A stretch of 64,000 nucleotides of DNA from a virus: positions 32,001-96,000 of the IMG/VR virus record IMGVR_UViG_3300045988_115450; one strand, given 5' to 3'. Both the position numbers and the translations under genes were made by a program. Numbering within the stretch: position 1 is the first letter of the stretch; each line of letters opens with the position of its first letter. Of this stretch, positions 63,701 through 64,000 are shown piece after piece. Under the pieces are notes generated by a model. It saw nothing but the letters and a program-made list of their open reading frames with translations, made no database searches and was not told the origin of the DNA.

Positions 63701-64000
63701 CGCTCAAAATTATAATGTGTACATGGCTCAAGCTGATCAGTACGCCGAGGCTATTACTGAAATCAATAAGTCCATTGCAAACGACCCGTACAACACAAAG
63801 TTGTTAGAGCGTCGTGAAGATTTGATTAAGTCACATAGAGACGCTATTCTTGCAGCCAATGACGAAAAGGATGCGTTAAAAGACTTAGCCAAAGATGGTT
63901 TTGATGCTCTGCTGGACTCTTTAAAGGATACTATTGATGAGTATGAAAAAGCGTTAGATAGTGCAAAGGATTTGTATGACTACCAGAAAAATATTGACGA
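57774..64000 (+). CDS. tail tape measure protein, 3'-partial (more than 2075 codons, continues beyond the window)
   Basis: Own translation from GTG 57774 (RBS AAGGTGGTGAG). The frame was checked at several points and stays open to the window end. Not in the track because there is no stop. Contains TMP-like Ala/Gly hydrophobic segments (HPVAAAATAVGALAAAFGVAAM), long coiled coils and GPELLVRDGSFYVIGQDGAEFF. Confidence 0.8.
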   Translation, partial: MAEEFGVKVKLIPEFDSNALKTAASAAAGKNSMQVNLLPVIDTKGLQNAVNAAAKNLVLNIDDVKINGKNSRGGGGGSGSSGNSGRKKSSATSIEPLVKYYKNLVDYIRKNPSIQSDSDLSQRLSTQKEELAKLVRSVIQDGVYNGKEFSKRKNSVAAIQNEARESGLEDTSVANREADRLQKQIDSMRNSLSKLGASPSDTANISSQLAAAEDKVSQLRDLGTESAESFGKIKAEAESSIAAAKGAMDGLSASVKDTSSDLVPVYNLLKKISSMDQPKKLSLLDDADVNDLKSYKAQLESIIEAGSYNKSDLKKIISGIAGIDYRQSNAGTGFKSEVLSIAQGVTASEAIQGAFNKAKQVATEMVGAVKDINDALTQLTIVTGKSGSELDSFFQRAADSAYNMGHSVTEVLGSVETFTRLGYGLEDASTLADAATIMSNVADTTVSASTTGLTSIIKGYGLEASDATRVSDVLAKVGKDYAISAEELMTALERGGAALNVANTSFEESVALAAAGNAAIQDPIKTGTALKTMSARIRTSKPELEELGEDYDDVATSAAKYRAEIKALSGVDIMENATTYKSIYDIMVEIASVWDKMSDTDQAALLERIAGKNQSNVVAGIITNLKDLTGAYDEALSASGETEAANEVVMDSISGKVGQFKEQFEELSYNTINSDLVKGVVSGGTGVLGFLNKAIELFHQLGPAATGVETILAGIAGVKLFKGGADILKQLATGAAKDSFSGIVAGKTLDSVNKAKSAISGLWGVISAHPVAAAATAVGALAAAFGVAAMKAESLGGKIEQFKADSEAYKSAQNNVDNVRTQIEANQKIIDNIRSQGYVNLTDEGTVAKLQRENEELERTLILKQEIANRQKATLYSDSVNALTTESNFFDFVKGDGLYQGTLTEQLQQATKAYEDTLKVKEKYESELADPDLGSYEKKQIEGKLEGVNEALGTTSETISEKYASLFDIISNFEPKTAYDKQLVADAEKALNETTQMFDRTAGKTIPEIIGEGFSSGGALESLVDEFYNLGDAGDVTSQSIQALANEFPELNTFMQAHGITIQDLCKYYNNLTEATDRALSSEEQYGYVLQDVISFGKSMQNYQNMPKSYSPYDETVKAYDNVMQYQKTGMTGLGNDMYWGFMKENFAGFDDVNINNIAEKRKEAQKLLKEFDSVYRNRDADGNLTASGVQAFFDKMSSDKDVQSVLQKYGDSFTKDENGNYDWNIPVSHFKEVAEAIGLSTDGFESLLAAAGNYIDIDWSDDAGMTYLERIAKYSQQLGTSMQDGSKYTVASYEAVAKAAEVAGMSVEDFAKKYQESYNKILYTDIGGGYLQVDESAVKSAAKSENKSVNDYIAQVEKDSGKKIVLSVGVDTIDAETGIGTFVSDETGKVIFVSPEVEPGAVERIRKEFEGQNVTVQVRTETGSGKIYAPSSDTSKQGDGSKENTVNTKVTVTGAEEATQKVHNYNSAIDTASRKPNVTKTITTNYVENHTVNTIRKTAGPSTGNSNRYNGASTSINRAKYYMGASQRLRSNGSKANGTAFAQGTSGFWGAGGSGTALGGEVGPELLVRDGSFYVIGQDGAEFFDYRSHDIIFNAAQTEELFKKGQLRGSDTRGKTAMADGTAFAGSTTGGKKNFGNPNPGVRGNSSLKSGGSSGSSKKSGGGKKKTGGGKKKGGGKKRGSGSKSDAEFFDWVEVKLQRIEEAIEKIGIAADSVYGTTKTRNDALRESIKKLNSEISLQGKAYNYYIKKANSVGLKKEYKNKVQNGAIDIDKISNKKLKEKISQYQEWYNKAQDCKKQVEELKVSVGDAYKEIFDNYSKRAQETLDRLEDHRDSIQAFIDLAEEAGYKASSKYYEVMVESERKTSARLIEKRKGLVEKLNKAVDSGFVQTGSEAWYEMRHEIDQLTTSIIEADEAIKKYQNELRQLSWDKFDDMQDGFSKLTDEAEFLIDLMGEKDLFDDNGAITNEGIATRALHAQNYNVYMAQADQYAEAITEINKSIANDPYNTKLLERREDLIKSHRDAILAANDEKDALKDLAKDGFDALLDSLKDTIDEYEKALDSAKDLYDYQKNID

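Noticed and set aside
17826-64000. Stop-codon reassignment, suspected because of the tRNA island and the apparently missing tape measure ORF
   Set aside because: None of the ten anticodons is CUA, UCA or UUA. All large genes (TerL, portal, capsid, RtcB, RT) are intact in the standard code. The tape measure frame is simply open-ended at the window edge.

Overview
This window is a 64-kb fragment of a tailed, siphovirus-like dsDNA phage or prophage. Its expression signals look Firmicutes-like (AGGAGG ribosome-binding sites, TTGACA/TATAAT promoters). The genome has two divergent arms.

Positions 1-29.7 kb carry about 60 small minus-strand early or accessory genes. These include an RtcB RNA ligase with a HAD phosphatase, a retron-type reverse transcriptase, and a ThiF(E1)/JAB/ubiquitin-like/ParB cassette. 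They also include a 10-tRNA island with an HNH-like endonuclease, ArdA antirestriction and an IS200-type insertion.

Positions 29.7-33.7 kb are ORF-poor, repeat-dense control regions around a tyrosine integrase.

Positions 33.7-64 kb are plus-strand. They start with replication and transcription genes: Rep-like wHTH paralogs, a metallophosphoesterase, a second tyrosine recombinase, HU, and a YonO/cellular-RdRP-like two-barrel polymerase. That polymerase is split by two group I introns, the first inside its DFDGD catalytic motif. A morphogenesis module follows: a candidate TerS, TerL, portal, scaffold, capsid, connectors, major tail protein, RuvC and chaperones. It ends with a tape measure ORF of more than 2075 aa that runs off the window. 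That ORF is missing from the supplied track only because it has no stop codon in the window.

The best candidate for a new system lies at 9.4-17.8 kb. The retron-type RT sits behind a ~340-nt RNA gene bracketed by inverted repeats. A diverged second copy of that RNA, with covarying flanking arms, lies 6 kb upstream. Between the two copies are a minimal E1, an active-looking JAB peptidase, two ubiquitin-like candidates and a 471-aa Cys-rich protein. Also between them are five tandem genes whose products all end in the same C-terminal tail, ...(F/L)x(N/D)CL(L/M)L. A ParB-like nuclease gene lies just beyond the upstream RNA copy.

All functional calls rest on motifs read by eye. No database search was run.
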